This document shows positions 16,138-26,074 of a stretch of 64,000 nt of DNA, piece by piece. The notes beneath the pieces were generated by a model. The model was not told where the DNA came from and ran no database searches. It saw only the letters and a program-made list of their open reading frames with translations. Source of the stretch: a virus; IMG/VR virus record IMGVR_UViG_3300021963_000115, positions 3,487 to 67,486 of that record. One strand, given 5' to 3'. A program made the position numbers and the translations under genes. Position 1 is the stretch's first letter. Every line of letters starts with the position of its first letter.

Positions 16138-17145
16138 ATGCCATTACCAGAATTTAAAGGTGAGGACTTTGAGTTTCCAGATGAAAAGGAATCCAAAGCT
16201 AAATCCACCGAAAAAGATGACGATTTCAAAGTTGAAATTGAAGACGACACCCCTCCCGCAGACCGCGGTCGTAAAGCTGCACCACCACCTGATGATGTAA
16301 GCGACGACGAGTTGGCTTCATACGACGAGAAGGTTCAATCACGCCTGAAGAAATTTACACGTGGTTACCATGATGAGCGTCGAGCTAAAGAAGCAGCTGA
16401 ACGCGAACGCCAAGCGGCAGAAGATTTTGCACGTCAAGTGTTTGAAGAAAACAAACGCTTGAAACAACAACTATCAACTGGAAGCAAAGCCTTCATTGAG
16501 ACCTCCAAATCAGCCGCGCAGATTGAGTTGGAGTCCGCAGAGAAGAAATTCAAAGCAGCTTATGAAGCAGGTGACGCTGATGCGTTGACCTCTGCTCAAA
16601 AGGAAATTGCCCGCGCAACCATGAAATTGGACAAAGCTCAAGGCATGCGACCTGTTGAAGTGGACAAAGAAGACAAGTTCCAGCCTCCAGTTCGTGAAGA
16701 AGCCCAGCAGCCCAAAGTCAGTCCTCGGACTAAAAAATGGATTGATGCCAATAGTGATTGGTTTGGATCTGATGATGAAATGACAATGGCCGCTATGGGT
16801 ATTGACAAGAAGTTACAACGCGAGTATGGTGCTGATTATGTTGGCACGGAAGAGTACTTCCGTACGGTTGATAAAACCATGCGCAAACGTTTTCCTGAGT
16901 TTTTTGAGACTCAGAGCCTTGAGGAAGAAGATGCCCCGCCTCCTAGAAAGAGGGCAGAACCGGCAGAAGAGGATGAACCTCCACGCCGTGCAACACGATC
17001 CGCTGCAGTGGTGGCCCCGGCTTCCCGCAGTACCCCGCCTAATCGCGTTAAGTTGAAGGCATCCCAAGTTGCGTTGGCTCGCAAGCTCGGGGTTTCTCCA
17101 GAAGAATACGCAAAACAGGTTGCTTTACTTAATAGAGGTGAATAA
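16138..17145 (+). CDS. capsid scaffolding protein
   Basis: acidic coiled coil; C-terminal LKASQVALARKLGVSPEEYAK; upstream of MCP. Confidence 0.75.
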   Translation: MPLPEFKGEDFEFPDEKESKAKSTEKDDDFKVEIEDDTPPADRGRKAAPPPDDVSDDELASYDEKVQSRLKKFTRGYHDERRAKEAAERERQAAEDFARQVFEENKRLKQQLSTGSKAFIETSKSAAQIELESAEKKFKAAYEAGDADALTSAQKEIARATMKLDKAQGMRPVEVDKEDKFQPPVREEAQQPKVSPRTKKWIDANSDWFGSDDEMTMAAMGIDKKLQREYGADYVGTEEYFRTVDKTMRKRFPEFFETQSLEEEDAPPPRKRAEPAEEDEPPRRATRSAAVVAPASRSTPPNRVKLKASQVALARKLGVSPEEYAKQVALLNRGE

Positions 17146-17146
17146 T

Positions 17147-17611
17147 ATGGTTCAAGCGCAAACGCAAAATCGACTCAGTCGTGAATTGGAAGATCGCAAA
17201 TCGACGCAAATGCGTCAGGAAGCGTGGCGTCCGCCTGAAACGTTGCCCATGCCGAATGAGCGTCCCGGTTGGAAACATCGTTACATCCGTATTAGCATGA
17301 TGGGTCAATCTGACCCTAGTAACATTTCTAGTAAGTTTCGTGAAGGATATGAACCCTGCAAAGCGGAAGAATATCCCGAACTCATGATGCACGCTACCAC
17401 TGAAGGTCGCTTTAAAGGCGGCATTGAAGTGGGTGGTTTGTTGCTCTGTCGTATTCCAGAAGAGTTTTTGAGACAGCGTGAGGCATATTACGCCAATCAA
17501 AATAAAGCCCAGATGGATTCGGTAGACAACTCCTTCCTTCGAGAAAATGACCCACGGATGCAGAAGTTCGCTGAACGGAGCACCAAAGTCACTTTCGGTT
17601 CTGGTTCTTAA
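17147..17611 (+). CDS. head-module hypothetical protein
   Basis: GAGGTG SD; W.PP..LP.P...PGW..RYIR...GYEP, GGLLLCRIPEE. Confidence 0.75.
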   Translation: MVQAQTQNRLSRELEDRKSTQMRQEAWRPPETLPMPNERPGWKHRYIRISMMGQSDPSNISSKFREGYEPCKAEEYPELMMHATTEGRFKGGIEVGGLLLCRIPEEFLRQREAYYANQNKAQMDSVDNSFLRENDPRMQKFAERSTKVTFGSGS

Positions 17612-17630
17612 ATTTTTCAAGGAGTCTTAG

Positions 17631-18482
17631 ATGGCTTACCCTCTAATCGCAGCGCCTTACGGCCTGAAACCGATTAATTTGATCGGCGGGCAAGTTTTTG
17701 CGGGTTCTACTCGCAGCTTGCCAATTCAATACGGTTACAGCACAAACATCTTTTATGGTGATTTCGTTGTGTTGTCGCGTGGTTTCATCACCCGTGCAGC
17801 CGTTTCCACTGGCACCGCCTCTAACCAAGTTACAGGCATTTTCTTGGGCGTGAGTTTCACCAACCCAATCACCAAGCAAAAGCAGTTTTCGCAATTTTGG
17901 CCCTCCGGCACACTGGCTGGCGACGCTGAAGCTGTGGTTTGTGACGATCCCGACACTGTCTTCAAAGCTGTGGTGTGCTCTTCTACAACCGTAGTGGCTT
18001 CTGGCAGTTTGGCAATGATCGGCACGAACCTGTCGATGATCGACAACTCCGCTGTGGCTTCTAGCCTGAGCACCGGCAACTCCGCAAACGCTGTGTTGGC
18101 TCCTACATCCACTCCCGCCACTTCGATCCTGCCGGTTCGTTGCGTTGGTGTTGTGCCTGATACCGCCATCACTACGTCTGCACTGGGTAGCTCGTCTGGA
18201 ACATCCATTACCTTGACCGGTACTGGTTTGCCCATTGCGATCCCTGTCGGTACTAGCGTTGGTTATGTTGCCACTAACGGTCAGTTGATCAATACTGGTT
18301 CGTTTGTTACTTCAGCCGCGGTTGCTGGTGCCACTACGGTGAACATCAACTTGCAACCAAACGTGTTGGGTGTTGGTACAAACATTCCGGCAGCTTCCAC
18401 AATCACGTTCACTCAGTTCCCAGAAATTCTGGTAAAGATGAACCTGTTGGTGCACGGCTACTACAGCTCTACCACCGCTTAA
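17631..18482 (+). CDS. putative capsid decoration / minor capsid protein
   Basis: beta-rich T/S/G protein directly before MCP; AAGGAG SD. Confidence 0.6.
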   Translation: MAYPLIAAPYGLKPINLIGGQVFAGSTRSLPIQYGYSTNIFYGDFVVLSRGFITRAAVSTGTASNQVTGIFLGVSFTNPITKQKQFSQFWPSGTLAGDAEAVVCDDPDTVFKAVVCSSTTVVASGSLAMIGTNLSMIDNSAVASSLSTGNSANAVLAPTSTPATSILPVRCVGVVPDTAITTSALGSSSGTSITLTGTGLPIAIPVGTSVGYVATNGQLINTGSFVTSAAVAGATTVNINLQPNVLGVGTNIPAASTITFTQFPEILVKMNLLVHGYYSSTTA

Positions 18483-18498
18483 TAAGGAGTAACTTAAA

Positions 18499-19410
18499 AT
18501 GGCTATTTCACGCGCACAACTACTTAAAGAACTCCTGCCCGGCTTGAATGCTTTGTTCGGTTTGGAATACTCTCGTTACGGAGAAGAGCACAAAGAGATC
18601 TACGAAACAGAGACCTCTGAGCGTTCATTCGAAGAAGAGACCAAACTGTCTGGCTTCTCTGCTGCTCCTGTTAAGGCTGAAGGCTCTGCCATCGCTTATG
18701 ACAATGCACAAGAGGCATGGACAACGCGATACAACCACGAAACCATTGCTTTGGGTTTCTCAATCACTGAAGAAGCGATTGAAGATAACTTGTACGACAG
18801 CTTGTCTGCTCGTTACACCAAAGGTTTGGCTCGTGCAATGTCTTACACCAAGCAGGTTAAAGCCGCTTCTGTGTTGAACAACGGTTTCTCCGCTGCTTAT
18901 CCCGGCGGTGACGGCGTGGCATTGTTCTCTACGCAGCACCCCTTGGTCAACGGCGACCGTAACGCCAATACTCCCTCTACTCAAGCTGATTTGAACGAGA
19001 CTTCTTTGGAAGCCGCCGTTATTCAAATCGCTGCTTGGACGGATGAGCGTGGCCTGTTGATTGCCGCTAAACCCAAGAAGTTAATCATTCCACCAGCATT
19101 GCAATTTGTTGCAACCCGCTTGTTGGAAACTGAACTTCGCGTCGGTACAAACAACAACGACATTAATGCCATCAAGAACAACGGTTCAATCTCTGAAGGT
19201 TATACCGTTAACCACTTCTTGACCGACACTAATGCTTGGTTCTTGACAACTGACGTACCTAACGGTCTAAAGCACTTCATTCGTACCCCCTTGCAAAACA
19301 GCATGGATGGTGACTTTGATACCGGCAACGTCCGTTACAAAGCCCGCGAGCGTTACAGCTTTGGCTGGTCTGATCCTCTGGGCATTTTTGGCTCATCAGG
19401 TTCGTTCTAA
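18499..19410 (+). CDS. major capsid protein
   Basis: MAISRAQLLKELLPGLNALFGLEY, K.EG, PKKLIIPPAL, RERYSFGWSDP; strong SD; followed by a terminator. Confidence 0.9.
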   Translation: MAISRAQLLKELLPGLNALFGLEYSRYGEEHKEIYETETSERSFEEETKLSGFSAAPVKAEGSAIAYDNAQEAWTTRYNHETIALGFSITEEAIEDNLYDSLSARYTKGLARAMSYTKQVKAASVLNNGFSAAYPGGDGVALFSTQHPLVNGDRNANTPSTQADLNETSLEAAVIQIAAWTDERGLLIAAKPKKLIIPPALQFVATRLLETELRVGTNNNDINAIKNNGSISEGYTVNHFLTDTNAWFLTTDVPNGLKHFIRTPLQNSMDGDFDTGNVRYKARERYSFGWSDPLGIFGSSGSF

Positions 19411-19421
19411 ACGACGAAAAG

Positions 19422-19448
19422 AAAAAAGGGGCTTCGGCCCCTTTTTTT
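19422..19448 (+). terminator. intrinsic terminator (bidirectional type)
   Basis: A6-GGGGC-TTCG-GCCCC-T7. Confidence 0.9.
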
Positions 19449-19449
19449 G

Positions 19450-19477
19450 TTGACACGTGTTTTATTTCGTGTATATT
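19450..19477 (+). promoter_or_regulatory. sigma70-like promoter
   Basis: TTGACA-16 nt-TATATT directly after the terminator. Confidence 0.6.
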
Positions 19478-19485
19478 GCAAACAT

Positions 19486-19557
19486 CTGGGTGATTCGCCT
19501 TACCGCCACTGCCCCAGCAGACGATGCAACGATTGGTAGGGTACTTTTGCATAAGGA
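19486..19557 (+). ncRNA. candidate pseudoknotted cis-regulatory RNA
   Basis: crossing helices CTGGG/CCCAG, GCCTTACC/GGTAGGGT and ATGCAA/TTGCAT abutting the SD. Confidence 0.5.
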
Positions 19558-19566
19558 AACTTTATC

Positions 19567-20247
19567 ATGGCACGTTCCACGTTTGACGGTCCCGTTCTAG
19601 TCGGTGACAATCGTTTTGGCCCCTTGCGTAACGTAGGTTATGCTGAACTTGTTCAGGGCGTATCAATGGTGTTGACAAACACCACCCCTAATACGGCTGG
19701 TTATGGTGGTGCTTCCACTCAGTTTGTTTCTAACGTAAACATTCCCAATACCAACGCAACAATCTACACTCCCGGTACTACCACATATGCTGTGGCAACA
19801 GTACCCACTGCAGACACCACTTCATTGATTAACCGTGGTTGCGTGTTTTATGTGCCTGTTGGCGCTGACTTGCATGATGTTTTGGTTGATATGCAAGTGT
19901 TGCCTACAACAGCCGCAGGCACTGTGTCTGGCGTGACTGTGTTTGTTTCTAACAAATACGAAACATCCGCAGGTAATTACTTCCAAACTGGTTCATTGAC
20001 TTCAATTGGTCGTGGCGCTTTGGCAACATTTACTGCTGCTCAAATGTTGGCACAGCAATCTACATCTGCTGATATTATTCAACCAAATGGCCAAGCTAAC
20101 ATTTCGCAAGTTGTTGTTACTATTGCTATTGCAGGTTCTTCTATGACCACCTTGACTGCTGGCACTTTTAACATCACATTGCGTTACGGCACACCTGACG
20201 GCAACATCGGAACGACTACTGTCTACCCATACGGTAACCTCGATTAA
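19567..20247 (+). CDS. virion structural protein
   Basis: MARSTFDGPV N-terminus, T/G-rich, after MCP. Confidence 0.7.
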   Translation: MARSTFDGPVLVGDNRFGPLRNVGYAELVQGVSMVLTNTTPNTAGYGGASTQFVSNVNIPNTNATIYTPGTTTYAVATVPTADTTSLINRGCVFYVPVGADLHDVLVDMQVLPTTAAGTVSGVTVFVSNKYETSAGNYFQTGSLTSIGRGALATFTAAQMLAQQSTSADIIQPNGQANISQVVVTIAIAGSSMTTLTAGTFNITLRYGTPDGNIGTTTVYPYGNLD

Positions 20248-20256
20248 TTGAGCAAC

Positions 20257-20278
20257 AGGGGCTTCGGCCCCTTTCTTT
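20257..20278 (+). terminator. intrinsic terminator
   Basis: AGGGGC-TTCG-GCCCCT-TTCTTT; same hairpin as at 19427. Confidence 0.7.
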
Positions 20279-20295
20279 GGATTTAAGGAGCTAAT

Positions 20296-23145
20296 ATGTC
20301 TGGTGGATGGACTGTCGTTGATTCAATATCAAATAAATCGCTGCCCGTAGGCGGCACAAACAACTCTGGCGCTGCATCGCCTTACATCACTCCCGCGCCC
20401 GGTGTAAGCGATCCTGTTGGCAAGATGCGCATGTCGCAAGGCCAAGCGCTGATTGACACCGACTTTGAATACGGCCCACAGCCAACCAAGTGGGAAACGC
20501 TGGCCTTGCAAAACAACCGCAGCACGGCCTACTACATCCCGCAAGCAGCGTTGAATGTAAACTCCATTACCGGATTTGGCACATCTGGCTCACCGCTGTC
20601 AATTACTGGCACTTTTGTTGTCCCGGCCAACTCGTTAATTTACATCCAGAACTGTAACGATCAAGGTTCTAACGGCTGGGGTTTTACGGCCTCTGGCGGC
20701 ACCAACTCAATGTCCGTCATCATGGGCCAGTCTGGCTCAACCAGTGGCCAAAAATTTAACACCGCTGGCACGTACGTGTACGTGGGGTATTTTTACACCG
20801 GCTCTGGCTTTGCTTTAAACAGCTCAACAGCTTTTACTACAAACGGGAGCGCTTCAGTTACGGTAAACACAGCATCTCCCCACGGGTTGTCAGTTGGCTC
20901 GTTACTTTATGTGGTTGGCACAACATCTACCGGCACATCTATTAACGGCCCACAAACAGTTTCAATTGTTGATAACACAAGTACATTTCGGTTTACCAAC
21001 GTAAACGGCATTGTTGCTGCATCCGCAATTACCAACTCAATTGGCCAAACAAACCTGTACGCACGCTCAGCGGGCTATGTTGAAAGCCGCCCATACGATG
21101 GTGGCGTGGCGTTTTCTGCGGGTTCTATCGGTTCAAACCAGCAATTGATGCGACAGTCTCGTCGTTATTTCCGTTATCAGTCAGGTAAGGGTATTCAGTT
21201 CTCTACCGGATCGTCTTTGGCTCCAGCATTGTTTGTGACCTCAATTTCCAACAGTGGCGCAACAGTAACGGTTACAACCCGTTTTGCGCATAACCTTTCT
21301 ACAAACGCAAGCGTAAAAGTCGAGAACTGTACCGTCGGATACTTTAACGGGGTTTTTCAAATTGCCTCCACGCCGTCAGCAACTACGTTTACATACACCA
21401 TTCAAAACCCCGGTATCAGCCAAACTGCTGTTGGTTTCCCAGTGCGTGTAAGCCCATTCCGGTGGTTCGGCGCGTCAAACCGTATTGGCATGTTTGACCA
21501 GCAAAACGGCATGTACTTTGAGTTTGATGGAACTGTTTTGTCTGCCGTATTGCGAAGCAGCACAACTCAAATTAACGGTTCTGTGACAGTTACTAACGGG
21601 TCTAGCCTTGTTGTAGGGTCTGGCACTCAATTTTCCTCTCAACTGCAAGGGGGAGATTGGATTGTTATTCGCGGTCAGTCGTATCGCATATTGGGGATCA
21701 GTAGCGATACGCAGTTGTTTATTAGCCCAGAGTACCGTGGAACCACAATCTCTTCCCCATCATACGCACTCGTTTCGCGCACTGTAGATTTACGCATTCC
21801 GCAGTCTGTGTGGAATTTGGACAGGCTTGATGGCACAGGTCCATCCGGGTACACCATTGACGTCACCCGTATGCAAATGTGGTTTATTGACTACTCGTGG
21901 TACGGCGCTGGTGTGATCCGCTGGGGTGTTCGTGCCACTGGCGGACAGATTGTTTACTGCCACCAGTTGGTAAACAACAACCGTCAATTTGAAGCGTTTA
22001 TGCGTTCTGGTAACTTGCCATCGCACTATGAGTCAAACGGCGTACTTGGCTATGCAAGTACCACCGACGTCAACGGGTTTTATATCGGCAACTTTGGAAC
22101 CGCACTAACATCCGCCATTACCCGTGAGGCCACTGTAATTCCTGTCTCAAGCGCAAACACTTTCTTTTCTGCTCAAGGCGGAATTGGTCAGCTTGGCACG
22201 GGCGCTGGCATTGAGTATTTTAGCTATAGCGGGGTCACCGCTAGTACTGTAACGGGCGTGGTTCGTGGTATTTTGGGCACCACCGCTGATGCGTATGCAG
22301 CAGGGGCCGCATGTTTTAACAGCAGCATAGCGATTGGAAGTACGTATGGGTTTAACCCAACCGGAGGATCCATCAACATAATTGGGCCGGGGACTGGTAA
22401 CTCCGTGATTTCAAACGTCGCATATGTTGGCGTATCTGGAAACTTTTTGTACGGCATTACGTCTGGGAATTTTGTTGGACCTGGCGCAACGTCCCCATTT
22501 TTGGTTGAATACTCTACCCCCGATTCAACAGCTCCTTTGGCGCACTGGGGTTCGTCGGTCATCATGGATGGAGAATTCAACGACGACAAATCGCTGGTGT
22601 TCAACTACGGCACAACAACTCCGGTGTCGATTGCCGCTGGCGTTACCGCTCCACTTTTGGCAATCCGGGTTGCTCCATCTGCGGACAACAACACCATAGG
22701 TTTGCTTGGCGTAAAAGAAACCATTAACCGTATGCAGTTGCAGTTAACTGACATGGCGGTGGTGGCTTCTGGCGCTGTGTTAGTGAACTTGATCTTGAAT
22801 GGTGTGACAACCGGTTTTACGGGCACATTTGGTCCGGTTGCCATTGGTAACAACGTTACATCATCTTTAGCGCAGGTGGCGGTTAACACAAGCGGCACTG
22901 CTACCATTAGTGGCGGCGAATCTGTAACGGCTTTGTACGCTACTGGTGTGAACACAATTGATTTGGCTCAAGTTCGAGATTTGGGTAACTCAATTGGCGG
23001 CGGCGGTGTTAATAACACAGTTCCAACTACTCAAGCTGGTGTCTATCCGGACGGTCCAGACATCTTGTACATTACAGCTACCAATACAACTGGTGGCGCT
23101 GTAACGGTGTTAGCTCGTATTAACTGGAAAGAAGCGCAGGCTTAA
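20296..23145 (+). CDS. large virion structural protein (head fibre/appendage-like)
   Basis: 949 aa beta-rich; DFEYG.QPTKWE, RQSRRYFRYQSGKG, IDYSWYGAG. Confidence 0.75.
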   Translation: MSGGWTVVDSISNKSLPVGGTNNSGAASPYITPAPGVSDPVGKMRMSQGQALIDTDFEYGPQPTKWETLALQNNRSTAYYIPQAALNVNSITGFGTSGSPLSITGTFVVPANSLIYIQNCNDQGSNGWGFTASGGTNSMSVIMGQSGSTSGQKFNTAGTYVYVGYFYTGSGFALNSSTAFTTNGSASVTVNTASPHGLSVGSLLYVVGTTSTGTSINGPQTVSIVDNTSTFRFTNVNGIVAASAITNSIGQTNLYARSAGYVESRPYDGGVAFSAGSIGSNQQLMRQSRRYFRYQSGKGIQFSTGSSLAPALFVTSISNSGATVTVTTRFAHNLSTNASVKVENCTVGYFNGVFQIASTPSATTFTYTIQNPGISQTAVGFPVRVSPFRWFGASNRIGMFDQQNGMYFEFDGTVLSAVLRSSTTQINGSVTVTNGSSLVVGSGTQFSSQLQGGDWIVIRGQSYRILGISSDTQLFISPEYRGTTISSPSYALVSRTVDLRIPQSVWNLDRLDGTGPSGYTIDVTRMQMWFIDYSWYGAGVIRWGVRATGGQIVYCHQLVNNNRQFEAFMRSGNLPSHYESNGVLGYASTTDVNGFYIGNFGTALTSAITREATVIPVSSANTFFSAQGGIGQLGTGAGIEYFSYSGVTASTVTGVVRGILGTTADAYAAGAACFNSSIAIGSTYGFNPTGGSINIIGPGTGNSVISNVAYVGVSGNFLYGITSGNFVGPGATSPFLVEYSTPDSTAPLAHWGSSVIMDGEFNDDKSLVFNYGTTTPVSIAAGVTAPLLAIRVAPSADNNTIGLLGVKETINRMQLQLTDMAVVASGAVLVNLILNGVTTGFTGTFGPVAIGNNVTSSLAQVAVNTSGTATISGGESVTALYATGVNTIDLAQVRDLGNSIGGGGVNNTVPTTQAGVYPDGPDILYITATNTTGGAVTVLARINWKEAQA

Positions 23146-23146
23146 G

Positions 23147-23392
23147 ATGGCTAAGAGTCCAGCATGGCAGAGGAAAGAAGGGAAGAACCCCAAAGGCGGC
23201 TTGAACGCCAAGGGGCGAGCCTCCGCGAAAAAGCAAGGCATGAACTTGAAACCGCCCCAGCCAGAAGGCGGCTCCCGGCGCGACTCTTTTTGTGCGAGGA
23301 TGGAAGGGATGAAGAAGAAACTCACGTCCCCAAAGACCGCCAAAGACCCAGACTCACGCATAAACAAATCACTTAGAGCATGGAAGTGCTAA
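23147..23392 (+). CDS. small basic protein (DUF6321-like)
   Basis: AWQRKEGKNPKGGLNAKGRAS...SFCARM...SLRAWKC. Confidence 0.7.
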   Translation: MAKSPAWQRKEGKNPKGGLNAKGRASAKKQGMNLKPPQPEGGSRRDSFCARMEGMKKKLTSPKTAKDPDSRINKSLRAWKC

Positions 23393-23393
23393 C

Positions 23394-23582
23394 ATGAGCG
23401 AAATTGAATTAAACGAAAGAGAAAAAGCCATCGCTAAAGAAGCGGCCAGAATCGCTATTGAAGAGATGTCAAATGAGTTCTACAAAAAAGTTGGTAAGAC
23501 TGTTGTAGAGAAACTACTGATTTGGACTGGCATTTTAGTCGTGGGTTTTGTGTTTGGTAAGGGCTGGATCATTAAGGTTTAA
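23394..23582 (+). CDS. small membrane protein
   Basis: C-terminal TM helix. Confidence 0.65.
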   Translation: MSEIELNEREKAIAKEAARIAIEEMSNEFYKKVGKTVVEKLLIWTGILVVGFVFGKGWIIKV

Positions 23583-23583
23583 T

Positions 23584-23991
23584 ATGCCAAGTACAAGCAA
23601 AAAACAACACAATTTCATGGAAGCGGTGGCCCACAACCCAGCGTTTGCCAAGAAAGCAGGCGTCCCACAGTCCGTGGGCAAAGACTTTTCAGCGGCTGAT
23701 AAAGGTCGTAAATTTGCAAAAGGTGGTGATACTATGGCTTCTAAGATGAACCCCGGTTTTATGGCAATGATGGCCAAGAAAAAAGGCGCAACCAAAATGG
23801 CCGATGGCGGTATGAAACACGAAGACGTTAAAAAAGACAAAGGCATGATGCAAAAAGCCGTGAACAAACACGAAGGCCGTTTGCACAAAGGTCAGCCTAT
23901 GACCAAGCTAGCTAAAGGTGGCGGCATCGAGACCAAAGGTAAAACCAAAGGCACCATGGTCAAAATGAACATGGGCGGTAAAGCCTGCTAA
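23584..23991 (+). CDS. small basic protein with four xxGG motifs
   Basis: MPSTSKKQHNFMEAVAH; FAKGG, MADGG, LAKGG, MNMGG; KGKTKG. Confidence 0.7.
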   Translation: MPSTSKKQHNFMEAVAHNPAFAKKAGVPQSVGKDFSAADKGRKFAKGGDTMASKMNPGFMAMMAKKKGATKMADGGMKHEDVKKDKGMMQKAVNKHEGRLHKGQPMTKLAKGGGIETKGKTKGTMVKMNMGGKAC

Positions 23992-24001
23992 AGGAACAAT
24001 C

Positions 24002-25099
24002 ATGGCACGTAAAGGCAGGGGTAGTGATTTAGCAGGACTCGCAGCGCTTGGCGCTCTTGGTTACATGCTGTCTAAAGGTAGCAAAGCGGCTCCTACTGGC
24101 GGTAGTGGTGGAGAAAAAATGCCTACACCCGCAGTAGAAGCACCTTTAATTACTGATGATATGCGTAGACGCGCCAAAGAAGAAGGCGAAAAAATTTCTG
24201 AAGGTGAACGTATATCTAGTATGAGCGCTAGTAAACCCGCAGATAAACCCGCTACAGCAAAGCCAGCAGAAACAGCTAAGCCAGCATCTACAGCTAAACC
24301 TTCAGCTGAAACAGGCTACTTAAAGAATCCCGGTGCAGTAAGTCCTTCTGTAGGCAATCAACGTGGTCCTACCGCTGAAGAACTTGCAGCATATAACGCT
24401 AGCCGTAGAAAAAACCCCGGCACTGGTAACCAGCGCGGCCCTACTGCTGAAGAACTTGAAGCTTATGCCGCTAGTCGTAGGCGCCCAACAGCTGTAAATA
24501 CTGGCTCAGTAAGAGACATTCCAACTGGCGGTCCCGCTGGTTGGCAAGGTGGCCAAGGCGAGAAGATTGATAGCACAGAACTAGGCCGTCAATTTGGCAA
24601 CACATTAGCAGCTGCTGGTCCCGGTAAGTTATCTGGTGTTAGCAAAATTGGCTACGAAATGCGTAATGCCGATGCAATTCGTAAAGCGGCTTTGGCTGGT
24701 GAAGTCCCCTCACGTGGACGCGAGGCCGTTACCAATCCAATGATGTGGATGGGCGGTCCTAAAAATGTAGGAAAATTTGCCGAAGACGTACCTTCTGCTG
24801 GACGCGAGGCCGTAACTAATCCTATGGCTTGGATGGCTGGCCCCAAAGGAATGGCTCAAATGAATGAAGCCGCCCCTAGCATGACTACTAGGGCCAAAGA
24901 AGCTGCTGAAGCCGCCGCCGCTCGATTTAGAAAGAAACCTCTGTCTGAGGCCGATACAACTGGTGGCGCAGGTAGATACGGCTACAAAAAAGGTGGCGCT
25001 GTTAAAAAGAAAATGGCGTCGGGTGGTATGACTGGTAGCGCTTCCAAACGCGCTGATGGCATTGCCTCCAAAGGAAAAACTCGCGGTAAGATTTGTTAA
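24002..25099 (+). CDS. low-complexity putative internal head protein
   Basis: internal peptide duplications; YKKGG, MASGG, RADGIASKGKTRG. Confidence 0.75.
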   Translation: MARKGRGSDLAGLAALGALGYMLSKGSKAAPTGGSGGEKMPTPAVEAPLITDDMRRRAKEEGEKISEGERISSMSASKPADKPATAKPAETAKPASTAKPSAETGYLKNPGAVSPSVGNQRGPTAEELAAYNASRRKNPGTGNQRGPTAEELEAYAASRRRPTAVNTGSVRDIPTGGPAGWQGGQGEKIDSTELGRQFGNTLAAAGPGKLSGVSKIGYEMRNADAIRKAALAGEVPSRGREAVTNPMMWMGGPKNVGKFAEDVPSAGREAVTNPMAWMAGPKGMAQMNEAAPSMTTRAKEAAEAAAARFRKKPLSEADTTGGAGRYGYKKGGAVKKKMASGGMTGSASKRADGIASKGKTRGKIC

Positions 25100-25108
25100 G
25101 GAAATAAT

Positions 25109-25366
25109 ATGCCAATGACACCCGAAGCAGCTAAAAAATACAAGCCCCGTCGTACGCCTGAGTCTTTAGACGAGGTCATCTATCCTGAAACTCGTGCAAA
25201 AATGCAAGAGGCCAAGGCAGATGTTGCCGACGTTAAAGCTTCAGCCGAAGCCGGTGCGCAGTACGACAAAATTGTAGGTAAAGCCGGGGGCGGTTCTGTA
25301 GGTTCTGCCTCCACCCGTGCTGACGGCTGCTGCACCAAGGGCAAGACCCGCGGTAAGATGGTGTAA
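25109..25366 (+). CDS. small putative internal head protein
   Basis: AAGGA SD; RADGCCTKGKTRG C-terminus. Confidence 0.7.
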   Translation: MPMTPEAAKKYKPRRTPESLDEVIYPETRAKMQEAKADVADVKASAEAGAQYDKIVGKAGGGSVGSASTRADGCCTKGKTRGKMV

Positions 25367-25368
25367 CC

Positions 25369-25644
25369 ATGATGGCCAGCCGTGGAATGGGGGCAGTTGC
25401 CCCCTCTAAAATGCCAAAGGGTAAGAAGACTGCCCGTCGGGATGACACGGACTTCACACAATACGCCGCTGGTGGTAAAGTAAATGCGGCTGGCAATTAC
25501 ACAAAACCCAGTCTTCGTAAGAGGATTGTGTCCCAAGTAAAAGCAGCGGCTACGCAAGGTACAGGTGCAGGGCAATGGTCAGCACGTAAGGCTCAACTTG
25601 TTGCTAAGAAGTACAAGGAAGCTGGGGGTTCTTATCGTGACTAA
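25369..25644 (+). CDS. DUF5872-like protein, N-terminal half
   Basis: YTKPSLRKRI...GQWSARKAQL...GG.Y. Confidence 0.65.
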   Translation: MMASRGMGAVAPSKMPKGKKTARRDDTDFTQYAAGGKVNAAGNYTKPSLRKRIVSQVKAAATQGTGAGQWSARKAQLVAKKYKEAGGSYRD

Positions 25645-26074
25645 GATTTGCTTGAAATGTAATTCTGAGAAACCGTTAGAAGACTTTTACAAGTTTTTTG
25701 ACAAGTGGTCAGACAAGCACTATTCAAGCGCCCGTTGCAAACCTTGCCATCAAGAATACAAACGTGAAAGCCCAACTACCCCACGCAATCGCAAGGCGGA
25801 AAAATTACAGTTGCGGTACGGGTTAACTTACGAGCAGTGGGAACAAATGCGATTAAATGAAGGGCATGCTTGTATGATATGCGGCATAACCGAAGATGAG
25901 ATTGACAAAAAACTTGATGTGGATCATTGCCATACAAGTGGGAAAGTTCGTGGTATTTTGTGTAATCCATGCAACAATATGATTGGGCATGCTAAAGACA
26001 ACATTGAAGCATTGCGTGCGGCTGCGGATTATCTTGAACAAAATGCAAATGGGTACAAAGGTTTTGAAGCATGA
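25637..26074 (+). CDS. endonuclease VII-like HNH homing endonuclease
   Basis: CxxC...CxxC, YGLT, C.IC, LDVDHCHTSGKVRGILCNPCN..IG. Confidence 0.85.
   Translation: MTKICLKCNSEKPLEDFYKFFDKWSDKHYSSARCKPCHQEYKRESPTTPRNRKAEKLQLRYGLTYEQWEQMRLNEGHACMICGITEDEIDKKLDVDHCHTSGKVRGILCNPCNNMIGHAKDNIEALRAAADYLEQNANGYKGFEA

Noticed and set aside
25637-26074. Intron-encoded endonuclease
   Set aside because: The ORF overlaps both neighbours, leaving no flanking ribozyme sequence.
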